From Gemmatimonadaceae bacterium (GTDB lineage Bacteria > Gemmatimonadota > Gemmatimonadetes > Gemmatimonadales > Gemmatimonadaceae), in the NCBI GenBank assembly GCA_044224875.1, contig JBGAJQ010000040.1, positions 1 through 48,627 of the forward strand: 48,627 nt of DNA. Direction: 5' to 3'. Below are positions 10,308 through 18,795 of this stretch, one piece after another. The notes below the pieces were generated by a model. That model saw only the letters and a program-made list of their open reading frames with translations, did not search any database and was not told the DNA's origin. The position numbers and the translations under genes are program-made. The stretch's first letter is position 1. Each line of letters opens with the position of its first letter.

Positions 10308-10643
10308 TTAGGCCATCTCGAGCACCATCGCGATCGTCGCCGCGAGGTCCTTCCATTGCGAAACTTCCGTCACCAACTGGCGTTTGCCCTTGGGTGTCAG
10401 CCGGTAGAACTTGGCCTCACGACCCGTCGGGGTGGCGGCCCACTCGCCCTTGAGCCATCCACGGTTCTCCAGACGATGGAGCGCGGGATACAGCGAACCC
10501 TGCGGCACCTGCAGCCGATCGCGCGAGAGCAGCCGCAACCGCTGCGCTACCGCGTACCCGTGCAAGGGTTCGGCGGCGACCGCCTTGAGGATGAGCATGT
10601 CCAGCATGCCCTGGAGGATGTCCGACTTCCCAGTGGGTGTCAT
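10308..10643 (-). CDS. PadR-family transcriptional regulator (Acidobacterial type)
   Basis: LQGMLDMLILK, LHGYAVAQRL, QGSLYPALHRLE, AKFYRLTPKGKRQL; lies directly upstream of the ADOP permease, the usual pairing. Confidence 0.93.
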   Translation of the reverse strand: MTPTGKSDILQGMLDMLILKAVAAEPLHGYAVAQRLRLLSRDRLQVPQGSLYPALHRLENRGWLKGEWAATPTGREAKFYRLTPKGKRQLVTEVSQWKDLAATIAMVLEMA

Positions 10644-10683
10644 ACCTAGTCAGTCTACCTACGTATAGGTAGGGTGTCTAGGT
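10644..10683. promoter_or_regulatory. Nested palindrome, putative PadR operator
   Basis: ACCTAG-N5-CTACCTA-CGTA-TAGGTAG-N5-CTAGGT; inner and outer arms share one symmetry axis; abuts the padR ATG. Confidence 0.7.
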
Positions 10684-10783
10684 GTCAGGAGAACAACGAC
10701 AGGCGTCACGCCGAACGTGGCATCGTCCGGTCGGCGAAGGCGATCGGCGGCGAGCGCCGACTATGGAAGGGAGGCTTCGCGCG

Positions 10784-12577
10784 TCAGGACGCGCGGAGGT
10801 GCGCCTTGATCGTCGACATCTCCGCCTGCAAGGCCGCGCGGTCGGCCGTGCGATATGGCGCCGGTAGAAACGCTGTGTCCGTGCACTCCAGAATCGCGGC
10901 GGCGATCTGCAAGCGCTTCTCCAATGACTGGGCAGACGGAATGAAGTCGGCCAGCGACGCTTCCAGCCTGGCGCGGGTGATCGCATTCTCGCCGGCGATT
11001 CCTGCCTGACGAGCGGCACGCGTCACCACGCCCTCGATATCCGCGCCGGAGAGTTGTCCAACGTGCGGGATCGCCAACGAAGGTCCTGTGGCATCATCGG
11101 CAAGCGGAACACCAACCTTGCGTGCCATGACGCGCAGCATCTGCCGCAATTCGTCGACGTTGTCTGGATAGAAGAGCGGAATGTGAACCTCCGCTCGTCC
11201 CTGTCGCTTCAAGTCAATCGGCAACAGGTCGGGACGCGCCGTCATCAGGACCCAGACGATCTGGCCTCGGTATGCCGTGTCCCCCATTTGGTGCGCGATC
11301 ATCCCAAATACACGACTCGAGACCCCAGCGTCGCCGTCCGACTCCCGGTCCCCAAGCATGGCGTCGGCTTCGTCGACGATCACCATCACCGGACCCATCG
11401 CCCGAAGGACCGAGAGCACGTGTTCGAGATTCGCCTCGGTCTCACCCACGTACTTGGAACGGAAGTTCTTGAGCGTGACACACGGCATCCCCATCTCTCC
11501 GGCCGCGGCCATCACCAGGAACGTCTTCCCGGTCCCTACCGGGCCGCAAATCAAGTAACCCATGGGGGCGAACTGCTTGCGACCTCCACGGATGAGCGCC
11601 GCATCCTCGCGTAGCGTGCGTTTCGCTGCCTCGAGACCGACGACGTCTTCCAACGTGAACTTCGGCTCCACGAACTCCAGCAGGCCGTGGCACTGTCGTT
11701 CGATGAGGGTCTTCTTGAGCTTTGTGAAGGCCACGTGATCGAGCTTGGCCTGGCCGTCCAGCGCAGCGCGGAGTGGGGGCGCGAGGTCATTGAGCGCCAG
11801 ACCCGCGGTCTCCTTCGCGTAGTCGTCCGGCGTTAGGCCGTCGCCGAACGCGCCCCCTCCCTCGCGTGGCGAAGCGCCAACCAGGGTGTCGATGTAGCGC
11901 CGGCGCTCGTCAGTGTTCGGGAGTGGAACGTCAATGGTTATGACGTGCGGGTTTTGCGTGATGCGCGTCTGCAGGTTGGCACGTCGTTCCTCGATGAGCA
12001 CGCAAGCAAAGTCGATCCTGCGCACGCTAGCCGCCGCCGCCCAATTGAGTGCCGTCACCGCCGCTGAACTCGCCGCAAGGGAGAGAGAACCCGGTTCGGC
12101 GCTTGGAAAGCAGAACGACGCGTGATCCACCAGCAATGCCACGCGCTTGCGGGCATCGGCTGCGGTGTTCAGCTGCTGGATGAGATAGCGGTCGAGCGCC
12201 GCAAAGACGGCTTGAGGTTCAACGACGCGGGACTTCTCGAGGTCCTTGCCGAAGATGTCCGTGGTTAGCGGGGACATCAGTCGGAGACGCGCGGCGTCTC
12301 GGCCGGCGAACGGCCGGATGCCACGCCCCACGTCGTAGTGGAGGACCAGGTCCCAGCTGCCAAAGAGCTGTTCGGCGATGAAGCTGGAGAGCGGACCGTA
12401 CGACGGGCGGACGCCGCTGTCCAGCCGCACCTCATCGAAGGTGTTGCCGTGCAGCACAAACAGGGAGGCGCTCCCCGCGAAGTATGCCGAAGCGAGCTCT
12501 CGGGCCCAACCGGGATACCAGTCCGGGATGGCGACTGGAGAGGTGGCCGTGGAGGTGCCTTTCGTCGCGTCGGTCAT
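10784..12577 (-). CDS. Classical-clade AAA ATPase with a degenerate N-terminal AAA-like region
   Basis: Walker A GPVGTGKT, pore loop SKYVGETE, Walker B VIVDEAD, SRH MTARPDLL...KRQGRAE, LSGADIE. Confidence 0.9.
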   Translation of the reverse strand: MTDATKGTSTATSPVAIPDWYPGWARELASAYFAGSASLFVLHGNTFDEVRLDSGVRPSYGPLSSFIAEQLFGSWDLVLHYDVGRGIRPFAGRDAARLRLMSPLTTDIFGKDLEKSRVVEPQAVFAALDRYLIQQLNTAADARKRVALLVDHASFCFPSAEPGSLSLAASSAAVTALNWAAAASVRRIDFACVLIEERRANLQTRITQNPHVITIDVPLPNTDERRRYIDTLVGASPREGGGAFGDGLTPDDYAKETAGLALNDLAPPLRAALDGQAKLDHVAFTKLKKTLIERQCHGLLEFVEPKFTLEDVVGLEAAKRTLREDAALIRGGRKQFAPMGYLICGPVGTGKTFLVMAAAGEMGMPCVTLKNFRSKYVGETEANLEHVLSVLRAMGPVMVIVDEADAMLGDRESDGDAGVSSRVFGMIAHQMGDTAYRGQIVWVLMTARPDLLPIDLKRQGRAEVHIPLFYPDNVDELRQMLRVMARKVGVPLADDATGPSLAIPHVGQLSGADIEGVVTRAARQAGIAGENAITRARLEASLADFIPSAQSLEKRLQIAAAILECTDTAFLPAPYRTADRAALQAEMSTIKAHLRAS

Positions 12578-12578
12578 G

Positions 12579-13451
12579 TCAGTTCAACGTCGTGTTCGTT
12601 TGCGCGCCGCCGATGATGGGTGGGGCATCGACCGTCGACAGTTCGAGGTCCTGGAGCGAGATCATGTGCGTCGCGACGTCCTGTGACATCGCCAGCGTGT
12701 CGGTGAAGGCGTTGACCTGCGCGCTCAGGTCGCCAGGATCCTGCCTGGTGATGGCGCTCTCGGCGAGTGTCTGCACCTTGCCCTCGATTCTCGTCAGCTC
12801 CAATTCGATGAACTCGAGGTCCTTCTCGCCCTTGTCGACATTGGCGATCCGCGTGTCCAGGTCCTTGATCGTATCCTGAACAGTCGTGATGATGCGCTGG
12901 TCGCCTTGCTTGGTGACGTCATCCAGCTTCACGGCCATGGAGGCGCGCTGGTGGTCGAGCTCCACCCGGTTGCTTTGCTGCAGAAAGAGCTCCAGCGACC
13001 GGCGCGCCACCAGCAAACGGAGGTAGAAGAAGAGCAGGCGATTGAGGGCAGATGCGCGGACGTCGTCGTCCGCCGTGTTCCCCGCACGCACCGTACGGGC
13101 GAGCATGCGCATCTGCTCGCACCGGTCCACGATGCGCTGGAAGCGCTGCCGGTCACCGACGCTGAGGCGAGCTTGCAGCTGTTTGTAGACGTCGGCCGCG
13201 TCCCCGGCGCGCGCGGCGCGGCTTATGGCGGCATCCTTCGCGTCGACGTAGTCCCGAAACTTCGGTCGGCTCACCATGCCTAACAGGAACGCGCCCTCCA
13301 ACCCGGCGACGATCGGTAGGAGTGCATCGGGGAACGGCGACATGGCGGCGAAGGCGGCGGCCACGCCCAGCAGCCCGAGGTTCCAGCGCAGCTTGAACGC
13401 CTGCCCCAGGTAGCGAATGAACCCGCCGCGCGCGGGAGCGGTGTCAGCCAC
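12579..13451 (-). CDS. Hypothetical membrane protein (about 2 N-terminal TM helices, then a long coiled coil)
   Basis: Hydrophobic segments LGLLGVAAAFAAM and LLPIVAGLEGAFLLGMV followed by heptad-rich helices; 1-3 nt gaps to both neighbours. Confidence 0.8.
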   Translation of the reverse strand: MADTAPARGGFIRYLGQAFKLRWNLGLLGVAAAFAAMSPFPDALLPIVAGLEGAFLLGMVSRPKFRDYVDAKDAAISRAARAGDAADVYKQLQARLSVGDRQRFQRIVDRCEQMRMLARTVRAGNTADDDVRASALNRLLFFYLRLLVARRSLELFLQQSNRVELDHQRASMAVKLDDVTKQGDQRIITTVQDTIKDLDTRIANVDKGEKDLEFIELELTRIEGKVQTLAESAITRQDPGDLSAQVNAFTDTLAMSQDVATHMISLQDLELSTVDAPPIIGGAQTNTTLN

Positions 13452-13454
13452 GGG

Positions 13455-14306
13455 TCAGGTGCCAGCCTTCGTGGACATCTCCAAACCCTCGACGATGTCC
13501 CGGACCTCGAAGCACACCTCGAGAAACTCAGGCTCGCGTTGCATGACCTTGGCCGGTCGCTCGGGCGATGGCACCGTCATCTGCTTGAGGATTGTTCCCG
13601 GTGCGTTAGAGAAGATGTAGATCCTATCTCCCACGTAGACGGCTTCCTCAATGGAATGGGTAACCAGGAAGACCGTCGCCTGGACTTCACGCGACAGGTT
13701 CACCAGCAGGTCCTGCATAGCGTACCGCGTGGCTGGATCGAGGGCGCCGAACGGTTCGTCCATGAGGATGACACGTGGCTTCAAGATCAGCGAGCGAGCC
13801 AATGCCACGCGTTGGCGCATGCCGCCGGAAAGCTCGTGCGGGTACTTTCTGGCATCACGCTTGGGATCCAGCCCAACCTTGCTGATCCACGCATGCGCTT
13901 CGGCGAGACGCTCGGCGCTCGACATGCCGCGGCACTCGAGGCCGAAGGCGATGTTGTCCTCTACCGTGCGATTGTCGAAAGACGTGTAGTCTTGAAACAC
14001 GAACCCGCGATCCGCACCGGGGGCCTCGACGGGGTTCCCCATGACCTCTACGGTGCCCGTTGTCGCTGGATGCTGCGGGGCGAGTCCGGCGATCAACCGC
14101 AGCACGGTGGACTTCCCACACCCCGACGGTCCGAGGATCCCGACGACCTCCATGTGGCCTGGGCGGTCGTCCACCTGAAACGTCACATCGTGGATGGCCG
14201 TGTACCCGCCCTCGTACGTCTTGGACACCTTGTCGAACTTCACGACCGGCGGTGCCGCAGCGGGCGTCGTTGGACCGGCTGCCTCCCCTCCGGGATGACT
14301 ACTCAT
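13455..14306 (-). CDS. ABC transporter ATP-binding protein (TauB/SsuB/NrtD-like)
   Basis: GPSGCGKST, FVFQD, YPHELSGGMRQRVALAR, ILMDEPFGALD, LVTHSIEEAVY. Confidence 0.95.
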   Translation of the reverse strand: MSSHPGGEAAGPTTPAAAPPVVKFDKVSKTYEGGYTAIHDVTFQVDDRPGHMEVVGILGPSGCGKSTVLRLIAGLAPQHPATTGTVEVMGNPVEAPGADRGFVFQDYTSFDNRTVEDNIAFGLECRGMSSAERLAEAHAWISKVGLDPKRDARKYPHELSGGMRQRVALARSLILKPRVILMDEPFGALDPATRYAMQDLLVNLSREVQATVFLVTHSIEEAVYVGDRIYIFSNAPGTILKQMTVPSPERPAKVMQREPEFLEVCFEVRDIVEGLEMSTKAGT

Positions 14307-15111
14307 CGGCGTTCTGGTAGGGGAAGAGACCGCGCTGGAAGAACTTGAACAGCGCGTCGATGCCGTAGGCGAGCGCCGAGATGACGAACAGTGTGCCGAC
14401 GAGATGCTCGGGCATACCGCGTCGCTGACTCTGCAACATGATGTAGCCGAGTCCTGCCTTCGCGTCTACCACCTCCGCCAGCATGATGTAGCCGAAGGCG
14501 ACGCCGAACATGGTGCGAATGGTGGCGTAGATATCGGGGAGTGCCAAGGCAATCAGCACCTTGGACATCACCTGGTGGGGTCGAGCGCCTAACGTCTGTG
14601 CGGTATCGACGTACCGATCATTCACGTTGGCGATGGCGCGCGCCGTGTCGTGAAAGACAAATGGTGCCGTCGCCAGAAAGATGAACATGACCTTCTGCAG
14701 CTCGCCAATGCCGAACATCTGCAATGAGAGCGGAAGCAGCGCGGCCACCGGGATCGTGCGTCCGAACAGTGAGAGGGGCTGGGCCGCGGACCCCAGCAGT
14801 CGAAACGACCCGGCGATGATTCCGAGCGGAATCGCGACGATGAGCGAGAGGCCGAAGCCGAGAAAGACGCGGTTGAGCGACGCCGCGATGCCGCCTACCA
14901 GGTTTCGCTCCGTCACCAGTCCCTTGAAGCCGCGAACGACTTCCATGGGGCTTGGAAACACCGAGGGGGAGATGACGCGGGCCTCGGGCGATGCGCCCCT
15001 CGTCAGGATCCACCAGATGAGGAGGACGGTGGCGATCGCGATGGCCCCCGCTGCCTGACGAACCGGCATCGGGGGAACGACGCGAAGCTTGAGGAGGCGA
15101 CTGGACGCCAT
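14299..15111 (-). CDS. ABC transporter permease (TauC/SsuC-like)
   Basis: FPSPMEV, FGIGELQK, EAA-like YVDTAQTLGA, IMLAEVV...GLGY; about 6 TM segments; overlaps the ATPase gene. Confidence 0.93.
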   Translation of the reverse strand: MASSRLLKLRVVPPMPVRQAAGAIAIATVLLIWWILTRGASPEARVISPSVFPSPMEVVRGFKGLVTERNLVGGIAASLNRVFLGFGLSLIVAIPLGIIAGSFRLLGSAAQPLSLFGRTIPVAALLPLSLQMFGIGELQKVMFIFLATAPFVFHDTARAIANVNDRYVDTAQTLGARPHQVMSKVLIALALPDIYATIRTMFGVAFGYIMLAEVVDAKAGLGYIMLQSQRRGMPEHLVGTLFVISALAYGIDALFKFFQRGLFPYQNADE

Positions 15112-15114
15112 GTG

Positions 15115-16848
15115 CTACTTCTGTTCCAGCGGATACACCTTGATCTCGACGCGCCGGTTCTTTGCGTTGTTATTCGGATCGCTAGAGTCCGCCGGGCGAT
15201 CCCAGCCCATGCCCGCGGTGGAGAACTGGTTGGGATTCAGAGTGTTGAACTTGCGCACGATCGCTTCTTTCACGGCGTTGGCTCGGCGCAGGGACAACTC
15301 CTGGACGTCGGCCGCCGTCACCATGCCGGACGATCGCATGGATGCGTCGGTGTGACCCTCGATGACAATGCGCGCGGCCCCGTACTGGCCAGACAGTTTG
15401 CCCACTTCCTCGATGACGTTGTTGACGTTCGGGTCGTACAGCTCCGACACGGTTTTTCCATCGACGGTCTTGGCGACCATCTTGTAGATCGAGTCCGAGT
15501 TGGGGAAGAACTGGATGACGACGGCTTTCGTGAGGATTTCGTTGCTTTCGGCCTGCACGGACATGGCCGTCGTCGGTACGAACTGGATCTGGTATTCGTT
15601 CTTCTGGTTGGCGTACTTGGCGTCCTTCGTCAGCTTCACCAGTGGCCCGCCGTCGAAGATATCGTCGAAGGCCACCGGGTCACCGGAAAGCGCGCCGATC
15701 TTCCGGTAGAGGAAGTATGCGGTCTCGAATGTGCGCTGGAAGTTCGCCGGGTTGTTGGCGTTCAGGAAGAATTCGCGATTCTCGGCGACATTGGTGTTGT
15801 GGGCGTCGTTGAGCATCGACAGCGCGTCCGCTTCGGGCAGCGAGTACCCCTTGGCCATGAGCTTGGCGGCTTCCGCTTTCCCTTCCTGCGTGCCCAGCTG
15901 CACCATGGCGTCGAAGATGCCGCGCATCAGGCCTTCCGCGACGTACGGGTAGTCCTTGGCGACGTCGGCGCGCAGGAACCAGGTGTCGGCGATGAGCTTG
16001 TTGGCCGTCTGCGTGTTCACCAGCATCTTGTTGCCCTTCGCGTTGGCGAGGTTGTAGATGTCGGGTGACCACGACACGGCGCAGGCGATGCGTTTGTCGG
16101 CGTTGAAGGCGGCGGCCGCCTGGAAAGCGTCGGCGGTGAACTTCCACTCCACGTCACCCGGCTGCAACCCGCCGGAGATGAGCGTGTTGAGCGCGAAGTA
16201 GTGCGATGGCGAGTTCTGCGCCAGCACGATCGTCTTGCCGCGGATATCCGCGACCGACTTGATCGCGGTGCGGCAGACGATGCCGTCGCCGCCGAACGAG
16301 TAGTCAATTTGCTGGAAGACGCGTGGCATGGTGCGCGAATCGCGCTTCAGCTGTTCGAGGAACAAGGGCAGCATGTCCACCGTCGCCCATCCGACATGCA
16401 CCTTGCCCGCGGCGTAGGCGTCGCGCATGGCGACTGGATCGTCGATGAGCGTCAGCTTCACCTTGAACGTCTTGCCACCGGGGCCCGTCCACACCTTGCC
16501 CGGCTCGAATCCACCGTTGGCGAGGATGATCGGCGCCCAGCCGGCCCACACGTTCAGCGAGAAGACGACGGTGTTGTCGACCAGTGGCTGGTAGTTGGAG
16601 ACGCCCTTGACCTCGGGCATCTTCCCCGCTTCCTGGTACTTGAGCTTGTCGTATTCCTTGAAGGTGGTGAGGGAGGCGTCGTCGGGTGCCTCGACCCCGT
16701 TGGACAGATCGTCCCTGCTAATGGCCGAGTTATCGCCTAACGACACTTTGTCCTTGAAGCGATAGACCCCGTAGCCGATGACGGCCACGATCAACGCGAA
16801 CATCACCAGGTAGAATGCGGGTTTCGGACCGCCGGACTCGTTTGCCAT
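15115..16848 (-). CDS. Membrane-anchored NMT1/SsuA-like substrate-binding protein fused to a C-terminal OmpA-like peptidoglycan-binding domain
   Basis: N-terminal TM (FYLVMFALIVAVIGYGVY); WAGWAP, DYSFGGDGIV, IKSVADIRGKTI, AVSWSP; OmpA-C motifs IEGHTD, LSLRRANAVK, GMGWDRP, KNRRVEIKV. RBS-like GGAAGG-type purines are not clearly evident; start from ORF track. Confidence 0.88.
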   Translation of the reverse strand: MANESGGPKPAFYLVMFALIVAVIGYGVYRFKDKVSLGDNSAISRDDLSNGVEAPDDASLTTFKEYDKLKYQEAGKMPEVKGVSNYQPLVDNTVVFSLNVWAGWAPIILANGGFEPGKVWTGPGGKTFKVKLTLIDDPVAMRDAYAAGKVHVGWATVDMLPLFLEQLKRDSRTMPRVFQQIDYSFGGDGIVCRTAIKSVADIRGKTIVLAQNSPSHYFALNTLISGGLQPGDVEWKFTADAFQAAAAFNADKRIACAVSWSPDIYNLANAKGNKMLVNTQTANKLIADTWFLRADVAKDYPYVAEGLMRGIFDAMVQLGTQEGKAEAAKLMAKGYSLPEADALSMLNDAHNTNVAENREFFLNANNPANFQRTFETAYFLYRKIGALSGDPVAFDDIFDGGPLVKLTKDAKYANQKNEYQIQFVPTTAMSVQAESNEILTKAVVIQFFPNSDSIYKMVAKTVDGKTVSELYDPNVNNVIEEVGKLSGQYGAARIVIEGHTDASMRSSGMVTAADVQELSLRRANAVKEAIVRKFNTLNPNQFSTAGMGWDRPADSSDPNNNAKNRRVEIKVYPLEQK

Positions 16849-16940
16849 CGGAAGGACAGGAGGAAGGGGAGGAGAGGCTACGACGATGATCGATTCGAAC
16901 GAACTCGGTACGGATGCCTAACGGAATAGCGCCTTGGCGC

Positions 16941-16971
16941 GCCGGGCCGGTCGGAGGACCGGCAGCCCGGC
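16941..16971 (-). other. GC-rich intercistronic hairpin directly after the pspA-like stop codon
   Basis: GCCGGGC-CGGTC-GGAG-GACCG-GCA-GCCCGGC; no U-tract, so more likely an mRNA stabiliser or pause element than an intrinsic terminator. Confidence 0.5.
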
Positions 16972-16975
16972 GGCA

Positions 16976-17725
16976 TCAGCTCGTCTGACTGGGCCCCAAG
17001 GTCTTCTGCGTCTGGCTCACCGGCGCCGACTCGGCATTCACGAGCCCGAGTTCGACCTCGAACTGCTTGAGGAGGTTCTCGCCGAGCGCCGCCTCGGCGG
17101 CTTGCTGGGCCTTGATGTCCTCGACGCCACGCGAGGACATGTCGGCCGCAACGCGCGCCGCGCCGCGGTGCTTGGCGATCTGCTCTTCCATCAGCTCGGT
17201 GGCCTGTCCGATCTTCGTCGAGAAGTTCGGAATGGCCGTCTCCGACACGGCTTCTGCCACTCGGGCTATCTCCGCCTCGGCCTTGGCCATTTCCAGGTCC
17301 GCCTTGAGCTTTTGCGCCTTTTGCCGGAGCGTCGCGATGTCCTTCTGGCCCTGTTGCAGCTTCAACAAGTTGTTGTTGTAGGCGTCTGTGTGCATCGCCA
17401 GCTGCTGCTCGTTCGCGGCTTGGTCCTGCTTGACCTGCTGCAGCTGGATGGCCAGCTGGCCAGCCACCTCGCGGTTCCCCGCCTGCAGGTGCGCCTTGAT
17501 CTGGCTTTCCAGCCGCTGGGCGTTCTGCTTGGCGGCGGCGACCTGCATGCTGACGCGCTCCACCAACCCGCGATAGCGCTCGAGTCCCTCGCGCGCCACC
17601 TGGATCTGCTGCGTCGCCTGGTCCACCTCGAGTTGGAGGATCGCGTGAGGGTCGCTCTCCCACAGAAGGTTGGCGAGCTTGTTGAAGAAGGCGCGAATGG
17701 CGGTGCCGAACTTGCCCATGATCAT
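16976..17725 (-). CDS. PspA/IM30 (ESCRT-III-like) family protein
   Basis: Amphipathic N-terminal helix (KFGTAIRAFFNKLANLLW), ESDPHAILQLEVDQ, long coiled coil, LQAGNREVAGQLA hairpin motif, LKADLEMAKAEAEI. Confidence 0.82.
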   Translation of the reverse strand: MIMGKFGTAIRAFFNKLANLLWESDPHAILQLEVDQATQQIQVAREGLERYRGLVERVSMQVAAAKQNAQRLESQIKAHLQAGNREVAGQLAIQLQQVKQDQAANEQQLAMHTDAYNNNLLKLQQGQKDIATLRQKAQKLKADLEMAKAEAEIARVAEAVSETAIPNFSTKIGQATELMEEQIAKHRGAARVAADMSSRGVEDIKAQQAAEAALGENLLKQFEVELGLVNAESAPVSQTQKTLGPSQTS

Positions 17726-17731
17726 GACCCG

Positions 17732-18595
17732 TTACCGTTGGCGAGGAGGTGTTGGACGCGGTGTAGCGGAACCGGACGAGTCCGGGCGGGCCGGAAGGGT
17801 TTCGCCGGCGTCCACTGCTTCGGCGAGGATCCGTCCGCGGTACAGGGTATCCAGGTTGGCTCGTAACGCGATCGCATTCTTGGCTTCCATGACGGCGCCA
17901 TGCACCTCGTTGACGAAGCCGAATTTCTCCGAATCGATGTCGAACGCGACTAGGTACAACTTCACGGCGCCTTCGCTGCGACGCGCGATCTCTCGGGCGA
18001 CTTCGTCCGGCTCGCGACCCGTCGTGTTTTCGCCGTCCGTGACGACCAGAAGATACTTCCGAATGGTTCCGGCCGCGTAGAGGTCCCGCGTCGCTTCTGC
18101 CATGGCGTCGCCGATGGCCGTATTTCCTGAGGGATCCGGGAGGGATTCGAGGGCGGTCGTCAGGGCAGCCCGATCATACGGCGCGATCGGCAACACCTTC
18201 CTTACATGGCGGTCGAACGTGTAGAGCCCGATGTTGACCGGAAAACCCGTCTGTTTGGCGACGAAGGAGTCCGTCTGCGCCATGACTTGCGCCAGCGCTT
18301 CGCGAGCGAGCTGATACTTCGGTATGTCCCCGCCTTCCCCGGGGGGATCGTCCATGGAGCCCGACTGGTCGAGCAGGATCGCGACCGACGCCCCAAGGCC
18401 TTCCTGTACCGATGGGGCGTAGCGGCCACCGCTCGTTGTGTCCGCCGCGGTGGCGGCGTCGTTGGCGTCCCCGCGGCGGGATCGCGACTGGGCGACGAAC
18501 ACGACGGCGAGCGCAATAATAATGAAGACGAAGCGGCTGCCCCTGCGTGCCATTGGTGGCGGAGGTTGGTGTAGTGCAAAGGGTTGAGCAACCAC
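17732..18595 (-). CDS. Membrane-anchored or exported von Willebrand factor A (vWA) domain protein
   Basis: Intact MIDAS: LLDQSGSM, SGNTAIGDAM, VVTDGENT; hydrophobic N-terminus (FVFIIIALAVVFV). Alternative start ATG 18553. Confidence 0.9.
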   Translation of the reverse strand: MVAQPFALHQPPPPMARRGSRFVFIIIALAVVFVAQSRSRRGDANDAATAADTTSGGRYAPSVQEGLGASVAILLDQSGSMDDPPGEGGDIPKYQLAREALAQVMAQTDSFVAKQTGFPVNIGLYTFDRHVRKVLPIAPYDRAALTTALESLPDPSGNTAIGDAMAEATRDLYAAGTIRKYLLVVTDGENTTGREPDEVAREIARRSEGAVKLYLVAFDIDSEKFGFVNEVHGAVMEAKNAIALRANLDTLYRGRILAEAVDAGETLPARPDSSGSATPRPTPPRQR

Positions 18596-18795
18596 GTGCG
18601 GGACGTCGCGATATCCGCGATCACCCGAAGCGCCAAAGTCTAGGGGGCGATGGGCGACCCGTCCAGCTGCGTGGCGACGATGCCTCGGATTGCGGGTTGC
18701 CGGGTCGTTGCATACCCTCCCCGGGTGCTCCCAGCGTTAGGCGCCGGAGGACGAACACCGCGCCTGTGGACGCAGACCTCTTCCCGCCGATCCTC

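Noticed and set aside
7594..10643. padR-ADOP as part of the PspA/AAA operon
   Set aside because: Same strand, but separated by 140 nt containing its own palindromic operator; this pair is a common independent module.
13455..16848. Naming the ABC genes tauABC or ssuABC
   Set aside because: Family resemblance only; no sulfonate-utilisation genes nearby, and the OmpA fusion and context argue against assigning a substrate.
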